From Octopus bimaculoides (taxonomy: Eukaryota): a stretch of 64,000 nt of DNA. The stretch is from the NCBI RefSeq assembly GCF_001194135.2, contig NC_068992.1, positions 6,699,517-6,763,516 of the forward strand, given 5' to 3'. A program made the translations under genes and the position numbers. Within the stretch, counting starts at the first letter, position 1. The number at the start of each line of letters is the position of its first letter. Positions 12,959 through 27,403 of the stretch are shown one piece after another. Below the pieces are notes generated by a model, which was not told the origin of the DNA, made no database searches, and was given only the letters and a program-made list of their open reading frames with translations.

Positions 12959-13330
12959 CAAAGTGAATTTCAAATGTTTTGAGACTTTTTCAGGAGAGAT
13001 GTTTATCAATTTCAAATAAGTACAAAACTCTAATCTCTTTCAAACTATCACACTCTGACTTGACTTCATTGCACTTGTAGCGTTGCAGCCACTTCACGAA
13101 GGCCCGTAGGAAGTCCTCTAAAAATGAAGATGTCCTTGTCAGAGCCTTTTCATCTTCTCCATTTCTTCAAGACCATTGTCCCTAATGTTCTTCAGCTTCG
13201 GGAACGACAAAAAACACAGGGAAGCAAAGTCTGGACTGTAAGGCGGATGAGGGACAGTCCTGACGCCCATATCTGTAAAGTACAACTTCGGTGTTTCCAG
13301 ATTCCAATAGTTCCATCTTCTGAATGAAGT
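12959..13330 (-). mobile_element. Mariner transposase C-terminal remnant with decayed right end
   Basis: Minus frame gives MGVRTVPHPPYSPDF at about 13270-13226 (YSPDL-type mariner motif), followed by frameshifted FPKLK and KWLQRY segments. Confidence 0.8.
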
Positions 13331-13788
13331 GACGTTGGCGTCATTTTGTTACCCTTTCAGCATTGCATCAATCGCTAATGAATGAAACCATAAAACAAAA
13401 CATATGAGAATTACAACGCAATAGACATATCAGACGCTTTTCGTATTAAAAATACACAAAACGCACTCAAAGTTTATTTCATGAATCAACTACATACACA
13501 CTATAAAACGCTTGAACACATGATCAGCAACCTCATGAAACACCCTTACCGTTGTTGTTGTTATTTAGTAGTTTTTTTTTTTTTTCATTTCTACGCTCAC
13601 TATTTCCCACTTTTTTCTCTCCCTCATCTTTCTTGTGTTTATTCTTTTGTGATGAAGGAGAAACTGCCGAAACGTTAAGACAATGCCTTACAACTTACAT
13701 GCATTAAATTACAATATCTGCCCAACAGTGTTGTTGTGTTGCATCTTTTATGTTTATTCTCCTTACAGTGTGTGTGTATGTGTGTGTG

Positions 13789-13837
<49 letters not shown>

Positions 13838-14193
13838 GTCTGTCTGTCTGTCTGTGTCTGTGCATTGGCGAGAATCTGCATTTACAAAAGAAGCAAAAAG
13901 TAACTAATATATATATAACAAACTGATGCTACTTGAATCATTATTCTGACTTTCATGATGTCAATTATTCTAACACAAACATTGACGCACAGACACTCAC
14001 ACACATTTAAACAATCACACACGTTGCATCTATGTACATGTTAAGTTATTTGAAAATATTATTTGGTAGGAAATTAATTTAACCACCCAGTTTAAGTAAA
14101 TGTCTAGGTGCTTAAATAATGTGTATTGAAATGCAACACTCTATACATGATTTCATTGAATTAATTAACCACTTGTTACAGTACATGCGCTTA

Positions 14194-14303
<110 letters not shown>

Positions 14304-15419
14304 TCTTTCTCTCTCTCTCTCTCTCTCTCCCTCTACACATGCACGTACATCACACACATACACATATTTACATATGCACATATACTTATATGCATATATG
14401 CTTATATGCATATATGCATACATTCATTCATATGTGCATGTGTGTGAATGTATATCTGTATTGTGTGTGTATGTATGCATGTATTCAACCATATATGTGC
14501 GTATGTGTATATACGCATCGAAATATTTTGTTATTAAATGTTTTCTTTTGTTTTTGTTATTACTTCGTGCCTCTTGTAGCAAATCTATTGAATTTAGCTG
14601 GCTAATAACTACATGACTAAAATGAATGGACGGATTATATAAGTTCGCGTCTCTTTCAAAAGTAGCTGTTTACTGAAATTATTCGTTATTAATCGGAAGT
14701 GAAGACATTGTAGGTGGTTCTAAAGAGCAGACGTTGAAACTACAGTAGCTATAAAGAAAAGAGAAATTTGAAAAACTGATGTGAGATCGAGAGTGTATTG
14801 AAGAAGAGAAACGTGACTATAAGATGAGGAAGTATGTTTATTGATCGCAAGTTAAATAAATCTTGGATCAATACTGTAATATGTTTACTGATCAGTATCG
14901 AATTTTTTTCTTATTTATTGATTAGTATATATTTCACTTTATTTTAAAACTGCGTAGTAAATCTTGTTCGGGTTTTCGTTAAGAATTGTATTAAAGATCG
15001 TTTTGTTTCATTGAGGAAAACTCATCTTAGCACTTGTGATACTTCTTCCAAACTATTATTTTCTTAGCTAGAGGAAATCAAGTGAATGCTATACAAATGA
15101 ATAGAGGCTTGGTTTACATTGGATATTTGTTAATATTATTATTTCTATTTCAGCTGTAATGGAACAAAAGTAGAAAAGCAATGTGCCGCTGAAATTATGG
15201 TTTACGAATGATGTGTATAGATCTGAAACAGATTTAGTCGTGCGTGGATGTTTGGGTACCAGCCAACCAACCAACCAACCAACCAACCAACTGAGAATTT
15301 TGCTAATGTAAAAAGGTTAAAATACGAAGGTGTTCGTCCTCATTTCTGACAATTTTCCAGTTGGTCTGTAATGGTTTCTTGGCTATTAAAATAATTGTTT
15401 CAAACGCTGGCTCAAGAAC

Positions 15420-15612
15420 AGTAATTTTTGAAACAAGGGGGCAACTTGATTATATCGACCCCAGTACTTGACTGGTTCACTATTTCTTCGTGCTCGAAAA
15501 GATGAGATCAAGGGGTCATCGGTAGAATTTGAAATTAGAACATCAAGAACGGAGAGAAATACCGCTAAATATTTAGTCCGATGTGCTAATGAGTCTGCTA
15601 GCTTTCCGCCTT
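15420..15612 (-). mobile_element. SINE family B copy, reverse orientation
   Basis: atcgaccccagtacttgactgg...gaatttgaa...aaataccgctaa. Further decayed copies at about 10820-11030, 18860-18970, 21760-21960 and 56130-56230. Confidence 0.7.
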
Positions 15613-16739
15613 TGGCTATTAGAATAACTCTATCGTGAAACAGATTTCCCAATTTCCATGCGAAGCCTCACAAGCTGAAATGAAATTTCCTAGTAAAAAC
15701 TATTCAGTTAAAGACAGAAGCTTCTATGGTACCGTCCAATTACCTGCAAATAGTTACTATACGCAACTAAATTCCGCTGCTTTAAGCTAAGAGACTGCAG
15801 TAGTGAATACTCAGCCAACGAAGGAACCACTGTGCTGTTGCTAGTAATAGCAGCGATACCTCTGTCATACCCGTCGCCTTAAAAGCGCATGAAGGAAACA
15901 TTGATTGATGTCATGCCAGTCCATATGAGAAGAAGGAAATCATGAATGGAATGTCTTTGGTTTAACAACAGTGACAATACAGTACATCTGAAGATTGCTT
16001 TCTTAGCTTAAAGTACCAGCCTCACAAACCCAGCAATAGACTGGAATGTTAGAGCGGAGGAAGTATTTTATCTACATCGGTTTAGCTTTCTTTAGTCAAG
16101 AGACCAATTCCTTTTTGTCCGATGACATTAATCTAATTCGTTTACTGGTTTCAGTCATTGAACTGCAACTCTGCTGGGGAATCATGTTCAACAGTTTATT
16201 CGAATTTGTCGACCCCAAGATATATTTCAATCAGTTACATATTTATTCTGTTGCTGTTTGTTGAACTGGAAACTTGTGGAAAAAAAGACACATATAAACA
16301 GAGACATACATACAGTCTCAATGCCTACATATGTTGGTATCACGTGCTTCTGCAGAGTTTCCGTCAACTCTACCAAATTTTACTCACGTGGTTGGTGAGT
16401 AGTTACAATGGAAAACTCTTGCACAAGGTATCTCGCGATTGGAGGGATACTGAAATCGCATGATTGAAAAGCGATATTTGGCAGCTGATAAATTAAATGG
16501 CATACATAGATGAATGAACTAACAAAATGTTAGAATTTGCTTTCTAAAATTTGTTTTACTGTGTAGTCAGAAAAGAAGGAGCAATGCACATGACATGTGA
16601 AATTGGTGTGAATAAAGGAGGAAGTTATGCTCAAACCGGAAATTTTACTCAACTGCTTAAAGTAGATTTTGCTAAAAGCACGCAAGAGCCAAGTGCTATA
16701 ATTTAATCGAACGATGGATCAATTCTACAACCCAAGAAT

Positions 16740-16895
16740 GGAGTTTCCCCGAGGTTTCTGCCAACCAAAATTAACTAACAAGACTTCACCAGGAACTGCA
16801 ATAGAAAACACCCGATGTATCATGTGGGGAAATCAAACTCAAACCCCCGTAGTTGCGAGGCGAGCTGCTTACAAACACAACACGTCTGCGCCTAT
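16740..16895 (-). mobile_element. SINE family A head fragment
   Basis: Reverse complement begins taggcgcagacgtg. Similar decayed heads at about 4720-4850, 6900-7030, 16340-16480 and 60370-60470; tail fragments at 53924-54130 and 56620-56830. Confidence 0.6.
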
Positions 16896-17722
16896 AACGA
16901 AATGTGTGCATAAAATTTGTAACACTTAATCATAATATGCAACACAAACTCCCCAGCCCCTAGAATTGCTGGCCTTGTGCTAAAATTTCAGACAATTCTA
17001 TTCTACAAAGCACTTCGAATTTAAAGGTATCTTCCAGCAACTCAATCCTTGAAACTTATCCAACCTCCAGCTAAGTCTAGATGTCTTAATTTTAATGCTA
17101 TTTTGATAAAGAGTTCTGAACACCGCTCTTAATAGCTGGTGGTAAGATAATATATATTACAACCTCTTGGTCTTCATTTTTCTTGTAGAGATTTGTCTTG
17201 TCAAAGGATATACACGCAAAACAAAACCTATAATAGTTTGCGTTAAATAGATTTTGAAAATAAATTTACCAAGTTGCAACAATAACGCTTTTGTTGCGTA
17301 TTTTTTTATTAAATCTTTTGTTTAACATATACAAAAATTGGATACTAATTGCTCTACTTATAAATTCAGAAACCTTTTAAGGTTTCTGGAACAGAATAAT
17401 GAAATTCTCTTAGTGAATTTTTGCGCAAACAAATAGAGGTTAAAACAAATAGATATAGATTAAATATGGTCATTGAGATTAAATTTAGATGTCTTTCTGA
17501 AAGGAAGTGCTGTATTTGTTATGTTAATGATTCTGATTGTTTTGTTTTATTTTGTTTTTCTTTGTTTTTTTCCTTAGATTATTACTCAAGGACTAAAAGT
17601 CAATTATAGTCTTCAGTAAAAATGGCTTTTTGTGTCAGGCAAGCAATTCGTATTCAAGTTGCATTTGTTTTTCATACTTATGTAGATTTTTTACTCCAAA
17701 ATTAATCTCTTATTTCTGTTTG

Positions 17723-17772
<50 letters not shown>

Positions 17773-19039
17773 GAGATACATACATATTTATGTGTACGTA
17801 CATGCGTGTATGTGTGTGTCTGTGTCTGTGTGTCTGTTCCTGTATATATACACAGTATTATTGAGTGACTGAGGTGTGTGCGATGTATTTCCAAAGCGTC
17901 TTTATATGAATTATGTGTGTGTGCGCAGGTGGGTGTATTTTTGCGAGTTTGTTGTATGTGTAGGGAGGGGTCAGACGCGAACCAGTATAAAACAATGTCT
18001 TCAGTTCTATTGTAATCATTGGAAGATACAAGGTTGCTATCGTTTTTTAACCTCAAATTAGCCTCCATTCAAGAAACTTACTGTCAAAATCTTTTAACTA
18101 TTTAGTATTCAGCCGTTCTGACCACGTTCATGAAGACTGTAGGATTGATTTGAGGGAGATTTGGTTGCTGCTTCTAGCTAATCGAGAAACTACATTGATT
18201 CATCATCATTGTTTCAAACTGATATAATTGTCCATTCTTTCCGTCAGCTGGAGAGACAAATACGCATTTACGAAGGTATTCTTCCAGAGACCTTTTCCTC
18301 TGTTTAGGAATATATTATCGATTACTTCCTTATTTTGTCAGGCGATGGGATGTATACTGAAAGAGATTTGGAAGCTATTTCTAGTTGGTCGAGCGACTAC
18401 ATCAAGGAATTGTTGAGTCGACGAAAGCACGCTCCTCTATGAGCTTGTGCCGTATCTCACACCACTGTCTTGAAGCATTACGCCCCTTCTTGACAGTTAC
18501 ACGCATTTTACCCTTCAAAGAATAATTTATTATGAAATGAACGGTAAACACGAACGCTGAAGAATCTTGATTGAAAAGAGCAAAATGCTTTCAATTTTCT
18601 TCTATCTTCCGATTCCTCCGTTTTTCATGAACAATAACCATTAGTTTCATTGGACTCGAGTTTTTCTTTCCTTTCATTTTGCTATGAAGGTTGTATTAAT
18701 TTACAATTTTCATGGAATCGTCTGTGTAAGGCCACGCCCTTTACTTTCTTAAAGACAGAATTATCAAGTGCATGAAACAGTTCGTCGTGTGCCTAAATGA
18801 CACCATCTTGATAATATTGATTTGTAACTTAGATGAAAGGCTACACACATGTAGTGTGTGATTATAAATCAATAAAGGCTATCCAGTTACTTGAACTGAT
18901 ACAGAATTTTATCGAGTCCGAAAGATGAAGGGCAAAGATAATTTCAGCAGGACGATTTGAACTGAGAATAAATGCTTATACCGATATTCCCTCCCTCCCT
19001 CTCTCTCTCCTCCTCTCTTTTTCCGTATCTCTCACCCGT

Positions 19040-19076
<37 letters not shown>

Positions 19077-19431
19077 GACACACACATACACTCACATACA
19101 CTCACATACATACACGGACACACGCACACAAACACACACACCACATCACACATACACATAACACACACACATACACATATGCGTGCATGCTCAGAGCATA
19201 CATTTATACACTAAAATACATTCTTAGATGCTTGTACAAAGACATACGTACTTATACTCTTGCATAAATACAGATATATTTATACAGTTATGTAGAGACA
19301 TTCGTACATATACGCTTTTACACATAAATACACATTAAATGTTATTAATAATCTTACTAGTTTCCAGATAATTAACCTCATCTAGAGAAGAGAAATTCTT
19401 TTTTTTTAAGATTTGTATTGTGATAACTATG

Positions 19432-19812
19432 TGGAGGCGCAATGGCCTAGTGGTTAGGGCAGCGGACTCGCGGTCATAGGATCGCGGTTTCGATTCCCAG
19501 ACCGGGCGCTGTGAGTGTTTATTGAGCGAAAACACCTAAAGCTCCACGAGGCTCCGGCAGGGGATAGTGGTGAACCCTGCTGTACTCTTTCACCACAACT
19601 TTCTCTCACTCTTACTTCCTGTTTCTGTTGTGCCTGTAATTCAAAGGGTCAGCCTTGTCACACTGTGTCATGCTGAATATCCCCGAGAACTATGTAAAGG
19701 GTACACGTGTCTGTGGAGTGCTCAGCCACTTGCACGTTAATTTCACGAGCAAGCTGTTCCATTGATCGGATCAACTGGAACCCTCGTCGTCGTAAGCGAC
19801 GGAGTGCCAACA
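19432..19812 (+). mobile_element. Full-length tRNA-derived SINE with perfect target-site duplication
   Basis: A box TGGCCTAGTGG and B box GGTTTCGATTCC. 13-bp TSD TGTGATAACTATG at 19419-19431 and 19813-19825. The 3' domain is shared with 60150-60310 and 28040-28120. Confidence 0.9.
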
Positions 19813-20490
19813 TGTGATAACTATGATGTCTTGTTTTCATCAGGTTTGACATTGTCGGTCAAATGCATCATGGCAATCTGGATTCGAAACGACAACGATA
19901 ATAGTCCGAAAAGTTTCTGACTCTTAATGTTGCTAATTACTCAACTAGCATAATGTCTATGTTAATGATTTTTTTTTCCGATTCCATTTGTACTTGAATC
20001 ATCAAGCAAAATAATCCTATTCTAGCAATACACAGATCTTTCTTTCCTATCATACTACCATTTAAACAAACTAACTATATATGTTGAAAGTTTTTACAAC
20101 CCACTTCAGGTTTCTAGAACGCTAATGTTCAAAGTTACATCGTTTTCTCTTGAGTGAAACAGTAAAGATGATAAAAATAAGATTCGAATAATTATAGCGA
20201 TTTTTTTTCCGATAATGAATACCGCATACACTGATCAAAGAGAAAATAGAGAAACGATGTTTACTGGACATTAAGGGTTTCCTTTATTCCACTCAATCGT
20301 CAGTGTCGCGGCTGGGTAATTCTTAGAATGTTCGTGTACAATAACTACGTAAACGAGGTTTATTAGGAGATATCAGACGAATATTTTACCTGACGTTAAC
20401 TGCCTTTTTTTTTCTTTTACATCACTGAAACCCGAGCCACAACTGTAATTTCATTTACGAGTTCTTTTGAAATCGCTGTGTGCGTGTGGT

Positions 20491-20529
<39 letters not shown>

Positions 20530-21344
20530 CGCACACATCAAACAGAGATCATACACACATATATTGCTCACACACACATACACACACATANNNNNNNNNN
20601 NNNNNNNNNNNNNNNNNNNNNNNNNNNNNNNNNNNNNNNNNNNNNNNNNNNNNNNNNNNNNNNNNNNNNNNNNNNNNNNNNNNNNNNNNNNNNNNNNNNN
20701 NNNNNNNNNNNNNNNNNNNNNNNNNNNNNNNNNNNNNNNNNNNNNNNNNNNATATGCTGAAAATCACCTTCGCTATAATATTGGCTAGAGACATATTGTT
20801 TCCGAGGTAACGTGATTATGAGATATAGAAAGAGCTTTCTTTGGGAAAATATTTTCGACTATGCACGCAGCCATGTCTGTTCAAAGTTATATATATATGG
20901 TTATTGTGCGAATAAATTGTTATATATCTCTGTGAATATAGGAGAATATAACTGAACGTACATATTGATTTTTGCGGGCATATATACGATAAAGGTTCGT
21001 TTAACTTTGTGGTTGTGTATGGCAGTGTATATTTACATACGTACGCCTTTGCGTAATATTAATATTAACGAAGTGTATAATTTTAGAAGCTGGCTATAAA
21101 CTTGTTTCATAGTATGTATTAAACAATATGTGCTTATCGACATTTTATACATATATATGTATGTGTGTGTGCGTGTATCTCTGTGTGTCTGTGTGCTTGT
21201 AAAGTGTGTATGCATGTTTATATCTGTACGTGTGAGAATATGTATATGTATGTATGTTCTCTTTCTGTTTTTAGTTATTTAAATTCTTCTTCTGAGGAAA
21301 GAGCTGGTTTCTAACAAAGATACAAAGCTCCATTGTTGGAATTT

Positions 21345-21450
21345 AAATAACAAAAACAATGTCACATTTCAGACTTGAGAAGAGTTTTGCATATTTTTAC
21401 TGTTCCACTTACAGATTGTATGTGTAATATGCGAGTTAGTTGGTTGATTT
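21345..21450. repeat. Interspersed repeat shared with 61715-61820
   Basis: caaaaacaatgtcacat...catatttttactgttccacttac.gattgtat occurs at both sites. Confidence 0.7.
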
Positions 21451-23491
21451 TTTCTGTAATCCAAGCTTATTCAGGTAAAATCTCGTTGAGATCAGCTTTG
21501 CTTTTTATGTTTCCAGGATTGATAAAATAATCAGCCACCCAAGTACTGAGGTCGATACACCCGACCATAAAATGCTTATTCTAGAATAGGTATTGGCAAC
21601 TTCTACAAGAAACTGGTCGCATGAGAGATAGGTCGTTATTAGGCGAGTCGCACTACTAAAAAATAAAATCAAGCCCGAAATATTATGAAACCAAGACAAC
21701 TACATTATAGGCACCAAGATGCCTCATATAAATCTTATATATCAATGGACTATTGCTTCTAACTTACACACGAGGCCAGCAATTCTTCGGAAAGGGGGGG
21801 GGGGNNNNNNNNNNAGGGGGGGGGGTGTTAATTCCATCTGGTATTTATTTTATTTGGTCGAAAGGCTGGAATGCGAAATAGACCTAGAAGGGATTTGAAC
21901 TCAATGTAAAGAGCCTGAAAAAATACCACAAGTCATCTTTCCCGACGATTCTGCATGCTTGTCACCTTTACATCATTGTATAATAAAAACAAATGAAGTT
22001 TCTGATATCTCTATTATATAGATTACATCTCTTTTGCCGAAATTTGTGGTCAAGTGAGAGAAAGCTTTTATTTATTTGCTTGTTTGTAATTTCGAATTCT
22101 TTCTCATAATATTATCATTCGACAGAAAAAAAACTGCAGAACATGTTCTTAATGGTTTTTAGTTTAAGGGCAGCTGGGATTAAGCAGAACTATGATTAAA
22201 GGTGGTCCCGCCGTGGCCATCACATCTTATTAGGAGTATGTAGGACTATATTACATATTTCCTTCTCGATTTTAAGACGCTGAGGCTTGATTTGAAGAAG
22301 ATTTATTTCTTAATCCTAGCAAAACAAATTATCCTTTCTTCGCTTCCGCTTTGCTTATAGAACTACAGATCATGCTTTACTATTTGCTCGTTACATCGTA
22401 CACCCATTCGTTTATTTATTTTCTCCCTTACTTCACTCAAAGAAGCAATGTTTTAAATATCTAGTGACAGGCATTTTTCTTTCTTTTTTTTTTTTTTTAC
22501 CGTAACTCGTATCTGTGAAGCACTACTTATAAATATAGCTATAGTTTATAGTGTAGAAAGAGAAAATAAGATATGCTGTCATGTATATTTATCCGCTAGT
22601 TAGCAAGTGACACATTAGAGATATTGTGAAGATAGTTGATTGTCCCTCAATGCTGTTTTATTAAGCTAATTACTTATAAAATTTTGTTGACAAGACAAAT
22701 AGGTATTCATTTAGCGTGAGAAAGTAAAATTAGGCGTTAATTACATAGGTGTGCTTTGTCATTAAATAAAACGTTATACGTTTTTCTCTATGGAAGTAAA
22801 TTACTGACGTAAGAAAGATTTAAATAAAAGATCTACACGAACTATTTACTGCTCGTGGGTTCCTGGAAATTAGCCAACATAAACAAGTAACAGTATACCG
22901 TAAACTCTTTATACAAACGCTATATTGTCCCTTTTATTCCAACGCTAAACCAGAAAATTGCGAGTAAAAATAGGATAATATATAATCAGTGTAAAAAGGA
23001 ACAACAATACTTTTCTTGCATTCGTCTTAACAGTTCAACAAATATAACTTATTACATACTTACATACTGCACTGCAGAAGAAGCTTTATTATCACAGTTT
23101 TAAGTATAACTGCTATTTGTAAAATATTCCTGTCGGTTTCATATTTCTATACATACATCGTTAACACTAATAAGTATACACACGTGTATTGAAAAACAGC
23201 TGGTTCTCGTCAACCGATTTTCGTTGCAGATCAGGAGGAAATTCGGTGCGTACATCATACATGATTACTCTTTTACCAATAAGTGGAAGGAGCACAATAG
23301 CAGTAATGTTTGCAGGGCCTCCTCTTCTGGAGTGGGAGTCAACGTGGTTTGTGTTCGGTTTGATTTTTGTTGTTCAGATTTCAGCTGAGGAGGGAATTTC
23401 ATTTGTATTCAGTTATGGAGAAGGAAGAATATGGTTAAGTGCTTAGTGCGAGCCCTAGAAACTACGCAACTACAGGAATGATGAGAGCGTG

Positions 23492-23574
23492 TCACGCAGA
23501 TGGGTTTGTCTGTCTGGGTGGTGCAGGTATGGAATAAACTATACCAGAAGATGCGAATTCAGTGTGATCATTTA
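23492..23574 (-). CDS. Candidate terminal coding exon (NDHTEFASSGIVYSIPAPPRQTNPSA*)
   Basis: Strong acceptor ctgtttcttctttcactctctag|; only phase 1 is open. Followed by non-repetitive sequence compatible with a 3' UTR. Confidence 0.4.
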
Positions 23575-25394
23575 CTAGAGAGTGAAAGAAGAAACAGCAT
23601 GTCTGCAAGCAAGTGGTTGGTTGTGGGCGTTCGTGAATGAATAATTGCCAACGAGTTGAATGGTCTTCTTTGTTCGATATCTAGAACATGCTAAACAGCG
23701 TCAACAATATTAACAACTAGGGAAGAAGATACTACCAGTATCGGATCTACGATACTGTAAATGGTCAATAATACATTTTTAATGAATAAGCGATGTTGAA
23801 ATATGCATTTGTCCTCGTAATAAGTTAATAATTTGATCACTGATATTTAGTGTTCAGAAGTAAAATTTAAAAAGAAAATCATTCAATATAGTTGTGGTGT
23901 CTGTAAAATAAAAGAAGTTGGGTTGGCAACTAAGTTAAAAAAAAAAACGGCGTGAACTTAGTTTCCAACCCAATATTATTTCACAGCCAGTACTTGTTAC
24001 GACCGAATGTTTTGTCGATAAGGCAATGTTCTAGTGTCAACAGAGCACAACTGTTAAGCTGTGCTTAGGGCATCACCTGTCTGATCATAAATTGTGAGGT
24101 TTAGATTATTGAGTGACTTTGTGCTGATCATAACCAGAGCAAACGAGGTACACGCAGACTAGATTGTTTCTGCTATCTCTATAGAGAAACTGGCTCTATG
24201 CTATTGTAAAAAAAAAACTAGGGTTAGCATTTTCCATTGAAAGATGATATTTAGATTTAAGTTCGAGAAAGAATCACAGTTACCTCATGATATGCTTATA
24301 TATTTTTATTAAATGAAGAAAATACTACTCTCAGAATAACAGCTAAAGACGAAAAATGCACTTTTTCCGTTTTTTCTTTTTTATATTGAATCAGTATTCA
24401 GCACTTTTTACCCCTTTTTTTCTTATTTGCCTCGATTCCAGCACTGAACTAGTTATGATCAGTGTCGATAGAACTCTGGAAAACAACGCTGATAAGAGAT
24501 AATGTCCGGAAAGCTATTTACCAGAGTATCTATCACCATTTCGATAAAAGGCCGAATTCCCAAAGAGCACAATTCTATATTTTAAACGGTTCTTCTTTCT
24601 ATATATATTTGCGTGTAACACTAAGTTGTTTAACACATTGAATTTAAACAGTCTTCCGGATTCAGTACGATATATGATATTTCATGGTACTGTATTTTTA
24701 CATTTAAAAATTACCAGGGGGTTCGACTTGATTATATACACATGTGGTGGATAAGTAGAAGTAGACAAGTTGTTACAACTGTTCTGTAAGTAAACAAGAT
24801 TCAAACTGTTAGCATGAACAATTTGAAATTTTCTTCGAATATCTACCGTGTTAAGTTTATAATATATGAAATAGACGAATAACATTTACATTTTAATAGT
24901 GTTGTTAATTAGCATTTAATACAGCAAGTTGATCACGGAACTAAAATATCAACAGAGTAGAATTAAAAGCAAATAATTACTTAATTAAAATAATTACATG
25001 AGGTTAGTAAACATTAAAGCAGTTATATGTGTGTGTAGGGGTGTGTGTATATGTATATATATATATATATGAGAATATCTTTCTTTTATTGCGTAGAATC
25101 TTTCGATACTGAAATCGCTTCCAAACTATTATGTAATACTTTGTATAGATTTTATCGACGTATCTTCCTATCTCGTACGTTGTTATATCGGTTTCAATAT
25201 AGATGTTGGAAAAATTACAAAGCTATTTCAGAAAAAAAATGACCAAAGACACCAACGTACTAAAACACAACCCAACACTCAACAGATAACTATATTATTT
25301 ATATAGTCATGAGTAAAGTCCCAATTTTTCAAACTCAGCTCAAGTTCAGCAAAGTAGTGGAAACTATTTATCCGGCCATACTTTTTCGCCACCA

Positions 25395-25720
25395 ACTATT
25401 TTTGGGGAGGGTTGTGAGTAGAGTCCTCGGTCCCCTCTGACGCAAGATCCTATCTGGATCAGCTGTCATTAAACCCTCTTGCTGGACTCTCTAACGTCGC
25501 CAGATGAGACTATGAAAATTATCCAACCATCTCGCTCTATTCATTGGTTTGGTTTGAGTAATCAGTCTTGCAATCGTTTCTTGTGGCATTCTAAGCACAT
25601 GTCCGTAGTACCGGAGCTGTGATATATATTATCCAATGCACTTTACTTTTAAGATCTTTACATGATTATCTTCCGGTAGCAATGGAATATCATTGCTGAT
25701 AGCTTCTCTAATCGGGGCTG
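25395..25720 (-). mobile_element. LINE reverse-transcriptase ORF C-terminal remnant
   Basis: QLRYYGHVLRMPQETIAR...RARWLDN matches the W/Y-x-GHV-x-RM motif of RTE/CR1-group LINE ends. Confidence 0.6.
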
Positions 25721-25883
25721 TTATAATTGTGACACTGAAATTACTTGTAAAACTAAACATATCTTTGTTCAACTGATTCGACTTGGATGAAACTTCTTGA
25801 AAAATTTCAGAGTTAATTATGTCTAGCTGGCTATAATTAATTTTCTGTCTGACTGACTATCTATCTATCTATCTATCTATCTA

Positions 25884-25916
<33 letters not shown>

Positions 25917-25990
25917 GCATGCGTGTTTAGAAGCAGGCAGACAGATAAACAGAAGTAGTGCAAGTGATAGACAGAGAAAGATACAGAGTT

Positions 25991-26023
<33 letters not shown>

Positions 26024-26617
26024 GAGAAACACTTTACTTCTGCTACTGCTAACCTTTCTCTCTCTTTCTTTCTCTCTCACTCTCTCTCTCTTTCTCTCCC
26101 TCTGTGGCTTAATCAACTACTACGTTACAAAAAAAAAATTAATAAACTACCACATTGGAAATTATTATTAGTGATATACGTGTGAAATTTCGATTTGCGG
26201 TATTAACTGTTTCATTGTTTTGTTGATGTTATTTTCACTTTAACTTCACTGATTACCTAAGTTATATAAAGAATTCGATTACTAAATAGTTTCGAAAAAA
26301 CATTTGTTACAGCCGGTTAATTTCCAGTACCAATTTTCATGTTTTATTGAATCTTAATCCTTAAATTTGACCTTGTTAATCACCCTCTAAAAATGTCGCC
26401 GTTTGTTTTTCCTTTAAATTTTACTTGTACGACACTTTGTTCTATTTTATACAAATGTCCTATTTTGATCTTTCTCTTAATTTGTTATTATCGTCTTTTA
26501 TCTTTTATCTGACCGAATGGTTTGCCTGATACTTCCACCTCCTGAATAACACAATGGATCGTTTTATAAAAAAAAAACCGCTTTAGAAAATAGTCTGATT
26601 GTATATTATTGAGATAC

Positions 26618-26728
26618 TATGAACCGCTACTTGGTGCGTTTGTTTGGCTATATGAGTGCGAAATGTTTCTTCCACATGACGCTCGTACGCCGCAAGGTCC
26701 TTGATGATTGCAGCTATTGTTAGAATTA
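26618..26728 (-). CDS. Candidate exon (ILTIAAIIKDLAAYERHVEETFRTHIAKQTHQVAVH)
   Basis: Strong acceptor ggtcttttgcttgttttacaag|, GC-richer protein-like frame, donor A|gtatct phase 1. Confidence 0.5.
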
Positions 26729-27330
26729 CTTGTAAAACAAGCAAAAGACCAACAATTTGAGGAAAAAGTTATTGTCAATTAAATCAACTTCAGCACAACA
26801 CTGGTTTATTGAAAGATGTCAGATAAAGTTTTTGTCTCTATAGATGATGTGAAACTACAGATAAAGTCTCATCTAGGTAACTAATGGCCAACAACTTCCC
26901 AGTCAAAACCAACACTACTTTTCGTATATCTACACCCATATTTCCATTGACTGCTTCCTTTTTTGAAAATGGAACAGTGGGCTTTTAAGGTAATTTGTCA
27001 GTGATATTTCTAGGGGATAGTACTTCCCCGTAGATTTTCCCAGGAAAATTGACTTCATTAACATTTGAACTCTATGCAAATTGCCGAAAGTAAATATTGC
27101 AATGTCTTTTTTATTTTTCTGGCATTCTACCAATTCTACCATCTACCTTCATTTAGAATTAATGTAAGTGGATAGTTACAACATATATTATGTTTGTGTG
27201 TATGTTATATTTATCGGTGAATCTCTATGTGTGTGTATATGCATATGTATTTACATATATATATATAAATATGTGTGTGTGTATATATATGTGTATATAT
27301 ATATACATTTATCCTTCGCGACAAGAGAAC

Positions 27331-27403
<73 letters not shown>

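Noticed and set aside
21795-21825. Long G-run / G-quadruplex
   Set aside because: The G-tract spans a 10-N gap, so its true length is unknown and it is likely duplicated by scaffolding.
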